Below, one piece after another: positions 29,951 to 39,052 of a stretch of DNA of 64,000 nucleotides; position 1 is the stretch's first letter; each line of letters opens with the position of its first letter. The notes beneath the pieces were generated by a model. It was not told the DNA's origin, searched no databases, and saw only the letters and a list, made by a program, of their open reading frames with translations. Position numbers and translations under genes: made by a program. The stretch is from an uncultured Chloroflexia bacterium. GTDB taxonomy: Bacteria; Chloroflexota; Dehalococcoidia; DSTF01; WHTK01. The stretch covers positions 4,523-68,522 of the forward strand of contig CAVYJE010000028.1 of the NCBI GenBank assembly GCA_963768705.1, in the 5' to 3' direction.

Positions 29951-31336
29951 TTACGGAGCGGAGGCTGAACCGGGAGCAGGCAGGCTGTCCATGACCACCC
30001 GCAGGGCTCGGACGACGTCTTCGTCTTGCTCGGGATGGACGGTGCGCGGGTCCAGCAGCAGTCTGGCGTGCTCGATGCGGCCGACAACCGACGGCGTCCC
30101 CAAACGCAGACGGCGCGCCACTTCGTCGAGGTCGGGGGCCTCGATGGCGAGGACGAAGGTCGGGAGGCTCTCTTCCGGCAGCGAGCCTCCGCCGATCATC
30201 GAGCGCCCTTCCATCACCTCGCCCCAGCCGACGGCCTGGGCCCATTGCGAGGCGCGTCGTTCGGTCTCTGCTGCGGTGAGAGCGATCATGCGCCAGACGG
30301 GCACACTACGTTCGGCGTCCCCGCGTACGTAGTGCATGAGGGTGGCATTGAGCCCCGCGATGGTGGCCTTGTCGAGGCGCAGTGCCCGCGCGAGGGGGTG
30401 GCGCTTCAGGCGATCGATCAGGCTCTTGCGCCCGGCGATGATTCCGGCCTGCGGTCCTCCGAGCAGCTTGTCGCCGGAGAACAGGACGAGGTCGGCGCCG
30501 GCCTCGATGCTCTCCTGGGGCCTCGGCTCTTCCACGAGGCCGTAGCCACGCGTGTCCAAAAGGCAGCCGGAGCCTACATCGTCAATCAGGACCAGACCGT
30601 GGGCATGGGCCAGCTCGGCGAGCCCTCCGAGGTCAGGCGACGCTGTGAAGCCGATGATGCGGTAGTTGCTGGTGTGCACCCGCATCAGGGCGACCGTTGA
30701 TTCGTTCAGCGCCGCCTCGTAGTCCCGCAGGTAGGTGCGATTGGTGGTGCCGACCTCGACGAGCCGAGCACCGCTCTGGGCCATGACGTCCGGGATGCGG
30801 AAGCCTCCGCCAATCTCGATGAGCTGCCCTCGGGAGATCACGACCTCTGCGTCCTGGGCCAGCGCTGAGAGCGTGAGGAGCAGGGCCGAAGCATTGTTGT
30901 TTACGGCCATCGCCGCTTCGGCGCCCGTGAGCCGGCACAGAAGCGTTTCGAGATGCACGTATCGACTGCCGCGTTCGCCGGTGTCGAGGTCGTACTCGAG
31001 GTTACTGTAGCCGCGGCTCACCTCTGCCATTGCTGCGATAGCGGATTCGGCGATCGGCGGCCTGCCCAGGTTGGTGTGGATGATCACGCCGGTGGCGTTG
31101 ATCACCGGTCGCAGGCCGACACCCAACGAGGCATAAGCTCGCCGGGCTGCTGACTGGGCAATCTCGTCGTGCGAGGCGATAGCTCCACCTTGCGCGATGG
31201 CGGTGCGGCGGACATCGAGCTCATCCCGGACGGCCTGGGTAACGCTACTGGTGCCGAGCTCACTGACAGCCTGCTCCAGGCGCGAATTGCGCAGCACGCG
31301 GTCGACCGACGGGAGCTGTTCGTAGCCGTTGCTCAC
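29951..31336 (-). CDS. selA: L-seryl-tRNA(Sec) selenium transferase
   Basis: 461 aa. MSNGYEQLPSVDRVL..., NATGVIIHTNLGR, FSGDKLLGGPQAGII (PLP-Lys region). Confidence 0.88.
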   Translation of the reverse strand: MSNGYEQLPSVDRVLRNSRLEQAVSELGTSSVTQAVRDELDVRRTAIAQGGAIASHDEIAQSAARRAYASLGVGLRPVINATGVIIHTNLGRPPIAESAIAAMAEVSRGYSNLEYDLDTGERGSRYVHLETLLCRLTGAEAAMAVNNNASALLLTLSALAQDAEVVISRGQLIEIGGGFRIPDVMAQSGARLVEVGTTNRTYLRDYEAALNESTVALMRVHTSNYRIIGFTASPDLGGLAELAHAHGLVLIDDVGSGCLLDTRGYGLVEEPRPQESIEAGADLVLFSGDKLLGGPQAGIIAGRKSLIDRLKRHPLARALRLDKATIAGLNATLMHYVRGDAERSVPVWRMIALTAAETERRASQWAQAVGWGEVMEGRSMIGGGSLPEESLPTFVLAIEAPDLDEVARRLRLGTPSVVGRIEHARLLLDPRTVHPEQDEDVVRALRVVMDSLPAPGSASAP

Positions 31337-31366
31337 GTCCAGATTCTACGACGCCAGAGACTCACG

Positions 31367-31463
31367 TGGCGGGAGTGCGAGGGAGTCGAACCCTCCCATC
31401 CTTCCGACGGAAGGACGCAACGATTTTGAAGACCGCGAGAACCACCGGGCCCCATCCACTCCC
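31367..31463 (-). tRNA. selC: tRNA-Sec (UCA)
   Basis: Minus strand reads GGGAGTGG...anticodon loop CTTCAAA (TCA). It has a long variable arm TCCTTCC-GTC-GGAAGGA, a T-arm GAGGG-TTCGACT-CCCTC, and the 3' end GCACTCCC-G-CCA. It lies 30 nt upstream of selA. The 8th acceptor pair would be a G.G mismatch. Confidence 0.85.
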
Positions 31464-31534
31464 GCTCAGGAGCTTACAGACCAAGGCGGTCTAAGTCACA
31501 TCTGCCGTCTTCGACGCGGGCCTAGAATGGGGAC

Positions 31535-33427
31535 ATGTTCGTCCTCGGCACCGCGGGCCACGTCGATCACGGCAAATCGACGCTCGTACATGCGCTCACC
31601 GGCATCGACCCGGACCGGCTCCAGGAGGAGAAGGACCGAGGCCTGACCATCGACCTCGGATTTGCCTGGCTGACGTTGCCGGGCGGCACCGAAGTCAGCA
31701 TCGTCGACGTGCCCGGTCACGAGCGCTTCATCAAGAACATGCTCGCGGGCGTCGGCGGGATTGACCTTGCGCTGCTCGTCATCGCTGCAGACGAAGGCGT
31801 CATGCCGCAAACCCGAGAGCATCTCGCGATCCTCGACCTGCTTGGCGTCGAAAACGGCGTAGTTGTCATAACAAAGAGTGACCTCGTGGACCCGGATTGG
31901 CTGGATCTGGTTTGCGCTGAGGTCGAGGACACAGTGAAGGGCACGATTCTGGAGGGAGCGCCGCTTTTACGCTGCGCGGCGACGACCGGCCAGGGGCTCG
32001 ATGAGCTGCTCCAGGTCATCGAGGCGAAGTTGAGCGTCACGGCCCCAAAGCGCAACCTCGGCCGGCCTCGATTGTCCATCGACCGGGTCTTCACGATCTC
32101 GGGATTCGGGACGGTGGTGACGGGCACGCTCATCGATGGCGTCCTGCGCACCGGTCAGGAGGTCGAGATCGTCCCCGCCCTGGGCGTCGGCAACGCCGAA
32201 ACCCTGACGAGCCGAGTGCGCGGCCTGCAGAGCCATCGCAGCAAGGTGGAGGAGGCGCAGCCCGGTACGCGCACGGCGATCAACCTCGCAGGCGTTGAGC
32301 CAGCCGACCTCGCACGCGGGCAGGTCGTGACGACGCCGGGCTGGCTTCGGCCGACGATCGCTGTCGACGTGAGGCTGCGGGCGCTTCGCGACCTCTCGCA
32401 TTCCCTACGGCACAACCTGCAGGTGAGCTTCCACAGCCTGGCCGCCGAAGCGCCTGCTCGGCTGCGACTGCTGGAGTCGGATGAGCTTGCGCCGGGCGAA
32501 GAGACCTGGGCGCAGGTCCGATTGCTGAGACCACTTGCCCTCTCGGCGGGCGATCGCTTCATCATCCGTGACGCCAACGACACTGTCGGCGGCGGCGTCA
32601 TCGTGGCCACGCACGCCAGGCGTCACCCCCGGCGCCGCGAGGGCGTCATCTCGGCGCTGGAGCGCCTGGCCGGCGGCGACCCAGCCGAAGCTCTGGCTGC
32701 CGTGATCGCTGAGGCGGAACCGATGGCTCTACAGGATGCAGACAGTCGTGGCGGGCTCTCCTCCGAGGTCGCCGCCGAGGCCATGCAGCGCCTGAGTGAC
32801 GAGGGCCGCATACGCATTCTGGGAACGGGCGGCAGACGCTTCGCCTACACGGCAGACGGTTTCGAGCGCCTACAAACGGCAGCGCTTGCGGCCGTCGAGG
32901 CCTACTTGAAGGACCAGCCCTTGCGTCGCGGCCTGGGCAAGGAGGAGCTACGTAACCGCCTGGGCCTCGCGGCGTCCATCTTCTCGCCCGTGCTTGAGGC
33001 GATCGTCGCTGGCGGGCGTCTCTTCGACGCCGGCACTGTCGTGGCACCCGAGGGTTGGGCGCCGGTGCTGTCGGTCGAGAACCAGCGACAGGCAGAACGC
33101 TTCCTTGCAGACCTGCGGGCCAACCCGTACTCACCCAACCTGGAAGGGCGACCCGCCGATGACCTCCTGGGTTATCTCGTCGACCGTGGGGATGTCGTCG
33201 ATTGTGGTGGTGGGATTGTCTTTACGAAGGCGGCATTCGAGGAAATGACGCAACGCATCGAGACGTTAGGGAGAGAGAAGCGCGCCTTCACGATGGCGGA
33301 CGTCCGCGACCTCCTGGGCAGCTCCCGGCGCTACGTCCAGCCGCTGCTCGAAGAGCTGGACCGGCGCCGCGTCACCTTGCGCCGCGGCGACGAGCGCGTG
33401 CTTGGCCGCGACGAGCCGGGAAGCTGA
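31535..33427 (+). CDS. selB: selenocysteine-specific elongation factor
   Basis: 630 aa. [23 protein letters not shown], then long C-terminal winged-helix-type extensions. Confidence 0.88.
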   Translation: MFVLGTAGHVDHGKSTLVHALTGIDPDRLQEEKDRGLTIDLGFAWLTLPGGTEVSIVDVPGHERFIKNMLAGVGGIDLALLVIAADEGVMPQTREHLAILDLLGVENGVVVITKSDLVDPDWLDLVCAEVEDTVKGTILEGAPLLRCAATTGQGLDELLQVIEAKLSVTAPKRNLGRPRLSIDRVFTISGFGTVVTGTLIDGVLRTGQEVEIVPALGVGNAETLTSRVRGLQSHRSKVEEAQPGTRTAINLAGVEPADLARGQVVTTPGWLRPTIAVDVRLRALRDLSHSLRHNLQVSFHSLAAEAPARLRLLESDELAPGEETWAQVRLLRPLALSAGDRFIIRDANDTVGGGVIVATHARRHPRRREGVISALERLAGGDPAEALAAVIAEAEPMALQDADSRGGLSSEVAAEAMQRLSDEGRIRILGTGGRRFAYTADGFERLQTAALAAVEAYLKDQPLRRGLGKEELRNRLGLAASIFSPVLEAIVAGGRLFDAGTVVAPEGWAPVLSVENQRQAERFLADLRANPYSPNLEGRPADDLLGYLVDRGDVVDCGGGIVFTKAAFEEMTQRIETLGREKRAFTMADVRDLLGSSRRYVQPLLEELDRRRVTLRRGDERVLGRDEPGS

Positions 33428-33440
33428 CCCGCCGGGCTGT

Positions 33441-34484
33441 CTAGGGTTGGACCGTGAGGCCTTCGCCTTCCTGGACCTCGCCGACAATCGCAGCGTTGTA
33501 TCCGTCACTCCGCAGTCGCGCTAACAGCGCATCGGCCGCGGCCGTATCGACGGCCATGAGCAGGCCGCCGGAGGTCTGGGGGTCGAAGAGCAGACGCTGC
33601 ATCTCGTCTCCCAGGGCATCGAGCCCGCGCACACGCTGACCCAGGTAATCGCGGTTGCGGTTGACGCCGCCGAAGTCGACGCCGTCCTGGGCGTAGCCAA
33701 GGGCGCCCGGCAACAAAGGCAGCGCCGATGCCCTCAGGGCGATCCGGACGTGGCTGTGGTCGGCAATCTCGAGGGCGTGGCCGACGATGCCGAAGCCTGT
33801 GACGTCGGTGAGGGCGTGAGCGCCGGCTTCTCGTGCCAGGTGTGAGGCGTGGCGGTTGAGCAGGAGCATGCTCGCCACTGCTGCATCGAAGTGCTCGGGC
33901 GTGACCAGATCGCGTTTTGCCGCCGTGAGCACGAGGCCCGTACCGAGGCCCTTGGTCAGAACCAGCGCGTCGCCGGGCCTTGCTCCTGCCTTCGACATGA
34001 CCTGCTTGGGGTGCACGATGCCCATGACCGAGAGCCCGTACTTGGGCTCGGCATCGATGACGGTGTGGCCACCGGCGATGATGCCGCCGCCTTCCGCGAC
34101 CTTATCCGCGCCGCCCATGAAGATTTCGGCGACGACTTCGTTCGGGAGGTCTTCAGGGAAGCCGGCTATGTTCAGGCACAGCACTACCTCACCCCCCATG
34201 GCGTAGACATCTGACATGGCGTTGGCGGCGGCAATCGCGCCGTACGTCCATGGGTCGTCTACCACGGGAGGGAAGAAGTCCACGGTCTGGACTATCGCCG
34301 TCTCATCGTCGAGCTGGTAGACGGCAGCGTCGTCCGTGACGCCTACCAGGACGCGGGGATAGTCCTGCGGCCGGAACTTCTCGAGCAGTGGGCGCAAGAC
34401 CTGCGCCAGCGTGCCGGGTCCGGCTTTACCGGCTCAACCCGCGCAAGACGCTAGCGAGGTCAATCGGACCTGTTCGCGGCTCAT
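33441..34484 (-). CDS. selD: selenide, water dikinase (SelD), selenocysteine-containing (in-frame UGA at 34434-34436)
   Basis: The ORF track starts at 34397, but the frame stays open upstream apart from one TGA: ATG 34484 gives MSREQVRLTSLASCAG-U-AGKAGPGTLAQVLRPLLEKF... The TGA sits where SelD has its Cys/Sec of the G(C/U)GxK loop. AAGGGGG RBS. The rest is canonical SelD (AAVYQL, DFFPPVVDDP, MGG, GGHT). Confidence 0.85.
34391..34407 (-). other. candidate SECIS hairpin for selD
   Basis: On the mRNA, GGCGCA-GGUCU-UGCGCC forms a 6 bp perfect stem starting 29 nt after the U of UGA. The GGUC-containing apical loop resembles the E. coli fdhF SECIS apex. Confidence 0.45.
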
Positions 34485-34647
34485 GGTCACCCCCTTCGTT
34501 GAGATGCTGCCAGTCTAGCAGCGGGCCTCGACTCAACGGCGGGACGAAGCAGTCACGACGGCAACCAATTACGGAAGAGTGGACGATCCGTCCAGGCTGT
34601 AGGAGAATCTCCGCAACGTAAGTCTCGATCTACGCTGGGAGCCAGTC

Positions 34648-35913
34648 TTGGTCCGTCTCTCCGACCTGCCGCCCGAATACGCTGAAAGCCTGCGCAAGGT
34701 GCCGATGCCGGTGTTCGAGTCCACACCGTGGACGCCGGCCCCGGACCTCAAGTCCGCGCGAGTCGCCATCGTCTCCACCGCGGGCCTGCATCTGGCGGAT
34801 GCCCCCAAGTTTTCGGGCGGATCGGGCGACTACCGCCTGCTGCCTTCCGACCTCGACTATGCCGACCTGACAATGAGCCACGTCAGCTTGAACTTCGACC
34901 GCAGCGGCTTCCAGCAGGACGTCAACGTCGTCTTCCCGCTGGAGAACCTCAAGCACCTGGTCGCACAAGGCGAGGTCGGTTCCGTCGCCCAGTGGCACTA
35001 CTCCTTCATGGGCGCCACGGACCCCACCCGCATGGCCGATACGGCGCCGCAGGTTGCAAAGTTGCTCAAAGAGGATGGCGTCGATGCGGTCATCCTCGTC
35101 CCTGTCTGACCAAACTGCACGCGCGCCGTTGGCGGGCTCTCGCACTACCTGGAAGCAGAAGGCCTGTCGACGGCCAGCATCAGCCTGATCCGAGAGCACA
35201 CGGAGCAGATCAAGCCGCCGCGCGCCCTCTGGGTGCCCTTCGAGCTCGGCCGTCCTTTCGGCCCGCCGAACCACCAGGAGTTCCAGCTCGACGTCCTGCG
35301 CTCCCTGCTGGACCTTTTCAGGCGTGAGTCTGGTCCCGTACTCGAAGACTACCCGCACGACTCGCCGGTCACCGAAGACACGGACGCCGTTTGGGCCTGC
35401 ACCTTGCCGCTGCCGCCTCTCGAGCCGGCAGCCACGCCCGAGGAGGCGCTTGTGCAGTCGCTCCAGCAGGAAATCGGCAGCCTGGCGCCCTGGTACGCGG
35501 AGTCGATTCGCCGTCGCGGCCGCACGACCTTCGGTCTGAGCGGTCTAACTGCTGACGCGATGCCTGAGATCGCCGAGTTCCTGGCGCGGATGTCCTGTGG
35601 CGAGAACCCGGAACCCCCGGAGGGGCTGTCGGACCCGCTGCCGGGCGCGATTCGCTTCATGGTCGACGACGTGAAGGCGTACTACATGGAGGCGGCGAAC
35701 GAGCAGCCCGGTGCGCCACCACCCGGCGGTGCGCGCATGTGGCAGTGGTTCTTCCACGAAACCCGCATGGGTGCCGTGCTTTACGACCTGCGAGATCGTT
35801 TCAACGCGGAACGCGAGGAAGCAACGAAGGCGAACGGTGGCCAACCGCCACCTGGCCCGCCACCGCCGAACATGATCTCGACCCGGTTCGCCCAGCGACC
35901 GCCGTCCCATTAG
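34648..35913 (+). CDS. GrdB/PrdB-family (glycine/sarcosine/betaine/D-proline reductase selenoprotein B-like) protein with in-frame UGA at 35107-35109
   Basis: ORFs 34648-35109 and 35233-35913 are in the same frame, and the gap between them is open: ...EDGVDAVILVPV-U-PNCTRAVGGLSHYLEAEGLSTASISLIREHTEQIKPPRALWVPFELGRPFGPP... Family hallmarks upstream are VAIVSTAGLH, NVVFPLENLKHLVAQGEVGSVAQWHYSFMG. TTG start with a GGGAG RBS. About 200 aa of C-terminal extension is of unknown function. Confidence 0.75.
35121..35137 (+). other. weak candidate SECIS hairpin for the GrdB-like gene
   Basis: GCGCGCC-GUU-GGCGGGC forms 6 bp plus one G.G mismatch. The apical GUU loop sits 22-24 nt from the U of UGA. Read by eye only. 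Confidence 0.25.
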
Positions 35914-35961
35914 TCGAGCACGGCAGGCCGGCGGCGCATAAGCGTCTGGCGATTATGAAAA

Positions 35962-35999
35962 ACGAGGGCCAGGTCTCGAATCCGAGACCTGGCCCTCGT
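35962..35999 (-). terminator. intrinsic terminator (17 bp stem) serving the minus-strand SOD-like gene, possibly bidirectional
   Basis: ACGAGGGCCAGGTCTCG-AATC-CGAGACCTGGCCCTCGT. On the minus strand it is followed by TTTTTCATAATC. Confidence 0.75.
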
Positions 36000-36022
36000 G
36001 AATCTACGAGACGAGCCCGCGC

Positions 36023-37156
36023 TTACTCAGAAGCTCGAGTACTAGTCGAGAGGTAAAACGCACCCAGGGCCAGGACGCCCACGAGCGCGAGGAACGCGCC
36101 AGGGCCGCTGGCCGAACGGTCGGCGGCGAGGCCGGCGCTTCCGGTGCTGGGAGGCGTGATCGGAGCTACTGGCGTTTCTGAGACCAGCGACAAGCATGCC
36201 AGTCGGGCGCCGGCACCGCCGGTGGCGTTGGTCGGTTCGGCGTGAATCACCAGCGACTGCGTGGCACCTTCGGGGATCAGGAAGGGGACGGTTGTGCTGG
36301 AATGGGCTGAGCCATCCGCAAGGATGGTGAAGTCCAGCCAGATCTCGGTCTGATTGTTCACAACCTTGGGGTCCGAAGTAGTGATGTTGTAGTGGGGCCC
36401 CGCGGCCGCGCCATCACCTGCTGCACATGCACCCACGTGCAAGTGAGCACCGAACGTCATTCCGGCGTCCGCGGCGGCCAATCCTTCGACATCCAGGACC
36501 ACGGTGGTGGTGTTGTTGGAGCTGGAGGCGACTACCTGTGCGGTTGCGCCGTCCGTTGGGTCATTCGATGTGGGCTGCAGGTCCACCAGGAGCCCTGAGC
36601 CTGCCGGCACGGCGATGGACGATGTGGTTACGCGGAGGCAGGCGAGTCGAGCTCCGGCGGCGCCTGTTGGGCTGGTCGACATGGCGTGGACCACCAGAGA
36701 CTTCGCTGCACCGTTAGGAATGACAAACGGCACAGTCGTGCTGGAGTGGGCGGTACCGTCCAGGCCGATTGTGAAGTCGAGCCAGACTTCGGTCTGGTTG
36801 CTCACAACTTTGGGGTCCGCGGTGCTGGCGTTGAAGTGTGGCCCTGCTGCTGCGCCGTCACCCAGCTGGCATGAGCCGACGTGCAGGTGGGCGCCTAATA
36901 CTGTCCCAGCGGCACTCGTGTCGAGACCGGCGATGTCGAGGTCGACTGTCGTGGAGCCGTCGGATGTGGTGGAAACAACCTGGGCCGTCGCGCCATCGGT
37001 CGGGTCATCAATGCCTCGCTGGAGGTCAACCAGTGGCCCGGAGCCTGCGGGTCCGGACACGTTCGCTGGGGCCGCCTGAGCGAGTGCTGCCAGTCCGAAG
37101 AATAGTGTGGCGATGATCGAGAAGGGGATCAGTCCCCGAATGGCTAACTTGCGCAT
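36023..37156 (-). CDS. secreted tandem Cu,Zn-SOD-family protein lacking the zinc loop (Cu-only SOD-like x2) with C-terminal membrane anchor
   Basis: Signal peptide MRKLAIRGLIPFSIIATLFFGLAALAQA. There are two repeats of about 140 aa, each with GAHLHVG(S/A)C...GDGAAAGPH(F/Y)N...SLV(V/I)HA...G(A/G)AGARLACL. These match SOD1 H46/H48, C57, H63 (GPHFNP), H120 (LVVHE) and C146 (SRLACG). No H-x8-H-x2-D zinc loop is present. The tail PPSTGSAG...GAFLALVGVLALGAFYLSTSTRASE looks like a sorting/anchor signal. Confidence 0.7.
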   Translation of the reverse strand: MRKLAIRGLIPFSIIATLFFGLAALAQAAPANVSGPAGSGPLVDLQRGIDDPTDGATAQVVSTTSDGSTTVDLDIAGLDTSAAGTVLGAHLHVGSCQLGDGAAAGPHFNASTADPKVVSNQTEVWLDFTIGLDGTAHSSTTVPFVIPNGAAKSLVVHAMSTSPTGAAGARLACLRVTTSSIAVPAGSGLLVDLQPTSNDPTDGATAQVVASSSNNTTTVVLDVEGLAAADAGMTFGAHLHVGACAAGDGAAAGPHYNITTSDPKVVNNQTEIWLDFTILADGSAHSSTTVPFLIPEGATQSLVIHAEPTNATGGAGARLACLSLVSETPVAPITPPSTGSAGLAADRSASGPGAFLALVGVLALGAFYLSTSTRASE

Positions 37157-37411
37157 CTTTCCTCCTTTAGAGGTGGAACTACGAAATAAGCGGGAGAAGG
37201 TGTGCGGGCAATCGGGTGAATGCCGGGCACCTTCTTATGGGCTCGAACCCGTTTGTAGTCAGCTTAAATCAAGGCTTCCGAAGTGAATGAAAACTCGCGG
37301 AGCCTTTACATGTGAGCGCCTCCTAGTCGCCTAGCAGTACTGCCGCTAGAAGTAAGCTCAGCCAGAGGGTTGGAATAGAATCGACCGCCTTGAGGGTCTC
37401 GTTGGCCCGAT

Positions 37412-37660
37412 TCATGTTGGGGGCCTGGTAGTTGAATGAGCGTCAGGTTCGACCAAACGTACGTTGACTGCTCGCGTCTGACCCGAATCTCTATGGTCGG
37501 ACTGGTGATCGAACTCGACACGCATGCCAACCTGGAGCTGTTCCAGACTGCCAGCCTTCACCGCCGACCAGTGGAACTCGAACTCCTGCCGAAGACCTTC
37601 TTCCCGAATGAAGCCGACACCTTGGCGGGTCAATATCCGGCTGATTTGCCCGTACGTCAT
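37412..37660 (-). CDS. cold-shock-domain-like small protein
   Basis: MTYGQISRILTRQGVGFIREEGLRQEFEFHWSAVKAGSLEQLQVGMRVEFD follows the CSD pattern (G.I......GfGFI......veFh.s......L..G..VeF). Confidence 0.5.
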   Translation of the reverse strand: MTYGQISRILTRQGVGFIREEGLRQEFEFHWSAVKAGSLEQLQVGMRVEFDHQSDHRDSGQTRAVNVRLVEPDAHSTTRPPT

Positions 37661-37664
37661 TGCC

Positions 37665-37895
37665 TCAAGAGTCCGAGGCCTCCGACCCGTCAGACGGTCC
37701 GGTTGGGGTGCCGACGACTCTTTCGAGCCAGCTTCTGACGCCATCGCAGACTGCATCGATGTTCGACAGTATCAGATCGCTATCGAAATCGCCCTCCACG
37801 TCAGACGTGGCGCGCAGATGAGCACGCAGGGGACGGCTTGAGCCTTCTTCCATCCAGGCGTGGACGATCAGGAGTGCGCGCTTCTCAGGAGGCAT
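37665..37895 (-). CDS. hypothetical protein (76 aa)
   Basis: Lies between the diiron gene and the CSD-like gene on the same strand, with 4 nt spacing to the latter. No motif recognised. Confidence 0.3.
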   Translation of the reverse strand: MPPEKRALLIVHAWMEEGSSRPLRAHLRATSDVEGDFDSDLILSNIDAVCDGVRSWLERVVGTPTGPSDGSEASDS

Positions 37896-37936
37896 GGACG
37901 AAGAGTACGTTGCCGCTCGTTACCCCCGCGTGACGG

Positions 37937-39052
37937 TCACGCGGGTTGCGGATGAGGCTCTCCGAGTACGGTCTGTGCCGGTGGCGGCAATCGATCGGCA
38001 ATCCAGTCTCGGAGCAAGGCTCGCACCTTCTCGTGTATGCCGCTGTATGCCGCGAAGCTCGAGTCCTGCTTGCCGGAGGGACGGTTGAACATGTAGCCGA
38101 GGCCGGCGCGCTGGAGGGCAGCCTCGCCGATGATGCCGTAGCCCGGGCCACCCATCCGCCGTAGAGAGGCGTCGAGCACGCGCCCCGACACGGGACCGAG
38201 CATGATGTTCTTGGCCGCCGCGAGTCGCAACACGAGTTGACCGGTGAGTCGAACGTTGCCGAGGATTTCCTGGACGTAGCGAAACAGATCGCGAAAGTTG
38301 CGCTCGAAGTCGGCACCCATCGATTGCTGCCACTGCATGCCATGAGCCTGGAGCTCCGGTACCAGCGACATGCTCGGCATGTGGAACTCGTGAGCCTGAT
38401 CCGCGATGGCATCGACGAAACGAGGGTTGGCTTCGACCTGCAGTGCAGTCATGTCCCGGTACCAGACCGCGTGCAGGGTCTCGCGCCGCTTGATCTTGCG
38501 CACGACGGAGGCGGCCCCCGGCGCTGAGCCTTGCAGCAGGTTGCCAATCAAGCCATGCCAGTTGTCCGTGAGGTACTCCTGGATCATGCCGAAGGTCGTC
38601 ATGTGGACGGGTGTGGAGCCGCCGTAGTGGATGTACTGCCGCTCGCGAGTCTCCTTGATGTCCCGGTCCAGCTCAGCCTCATCCAGGCCGAGGCTCAGGA
38701 GGATCAGCTTGTACGGCAGGTAGTGTGTGTCCTCGTCTGGCGCCCAGACCTTGTCGGTGAAGCGACGAAGCCATGCCGCATCGTGCCGGTCTGCACAAAC
38801 GTCAATGGCGGCCGCGTAGGTGTCGGTGGCGCATTCGGTCAGGAGAGCGAGCTTGAGAATGCCCACGAAGTCATTCTCCGTCACCGTCGACGGCAGGTGG
38901 GTCAGCATCGCCGTGACGTCCAGCGAGCCCTGGTGATCGAGAAGTTCCTTCGGGTCAATGAGGTCGCCTGGCCTGGCTTCGATGCGGTCTACCAAGGCGT
39001 CGAGGGCGCGCTGACCCTCTCTAGGGACGGAGTATGCGGCTTTGTCAGTCAA
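37937..39052 (-). CDS. ferritin-like diiron-carboxylate protein (acyl-ACP-desaturase-like fold)
   Basis: 371 aa. The E...EXXH...E...EXXH pattern is present: TECATDTY, PDEDTHYLPY, IQEYLTDNWH, KRRETLHAVWY. Confidence 0.55.
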   Translation of the reverse strand: MTDKAAYSVPREGQRALDALVDRIEARPGDLIDPKELLDHQGSLDVTAMLTHLPSTVTENDFVGILKLALLTECATDTYAAAIDVCADRHDAAWLRRFTDKVWAPDEDTHYLPYKLILLSLGLDEAELDRDIKETRERQYIHYGGSTPVHMTTFGMIQEYLTDNWHGLIGNLLQGSAPGAASVVRKIKRRETLHAVWYRDMTALQVEANPRFVDAIADQAHEFHMPSMSLVPELQAHGMQWQQSMGADFERNFRDLFRYVQEILGNVRLTGQLVLRLAAAKNIMLGPVSGRVLDASLRRMGGPGYGIIGEAALQRAGLGYMFNRPSGKQDSSFAAYSGIHEKVRALLRDWIADRLPPPAQTVLGEPHPQPA

